This document shows positions 45,206 to 45,468 of a stretch of DNA of 45,468 nucleotides, piece after piece. This DNA is from Toensbergia leucococca. Lineage: Eukaryota. The notes beneath the pieces are model-generated. The model searched no databases, was not told the origin of the DNA, and saw only the letters and a program-made list of their open reading frames with translations. Position numbers and translations under genes: made by a program. The first letter of the stretch is position 1. Each line of letters opens with the position of its first letter. Location: the NCBI GenBank assembly GCA_022813965.1, contig JALDZS010000185.1, forward strand, positions 1-45,468, given 5' to 3'.

Positions 45206-45468
45206 AGGTACGGACTTTATACCCTACCTACCTAGGTACCTAAGGTAGTCATCTGAAAGTAAATAGAGGTAGGTATCTGTCTGTATTTACCTTAGTTTCA
45301 TCACCTCACCTCACCCCCCCCCCTTTTGGGATCTTTGGCAAAATAACAAAAACGTCCAAGGGAGCGGGAGCGGGGTATGAATTAGTAGAACTTGTTTCAA
45401 ACCCTAGCATCGAACCCCACTCGTTTCTCATCAGCAGGAATCGGACTCCTTCGACTGAAATTGGGCCA

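Noticed and set aside
45395..45468. B-box-like GGTTCGAT on the minus strand suggesting a tRNA
   Set aside because: The flanks do not form a T-stem or cloverleaf.

Overview
Eukaryotic, intron-containing DNA from a filamentous ascomycete (Pezizomycotina, inferred from gene content and short GT-AG introns with CTRAY branch points). I can support about 16 protein-coding genes. The largely conserved block (2-39 kb) holds mitochondrial IF2 carrying an unexpected RanBP2-type zinc finger, a divergent Dal5/Soa1-type MFS transporter plus TauD/Jlp1 dioxygenase pair (sulfur scavenging), a DUF155/RMND1-like protein, VPS41, two head-to-head Ser/Thr-rich secreted/GPI-type proteins, an App1-family phosphatase, an enoyl-CoA (methylglutaconyl-CoA-like) hydratase, a PPR-like mitochondrial protein, a probable Rsc58-like chromatin-remodeler subunit, a DUF6594 membrane protein and RNase T2. 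The left end has a decayed tandem-repeat pseudogene. The right end (40-45 kb) looks like an accessory island: an orphan C2H2 protein, a 54-aa Cys-rich microprotein, a truncated HeLo-like/SesA N-terminal helix and an HNH endonuclease. A recurring window-wide signal is an abrupt C-rich to G-rich strand-composition switch near gene 3' ends. No rRNA, tRNA, CRISPR or intact transposon was found. All family assignments are from motif recognition by eye, not database searches.
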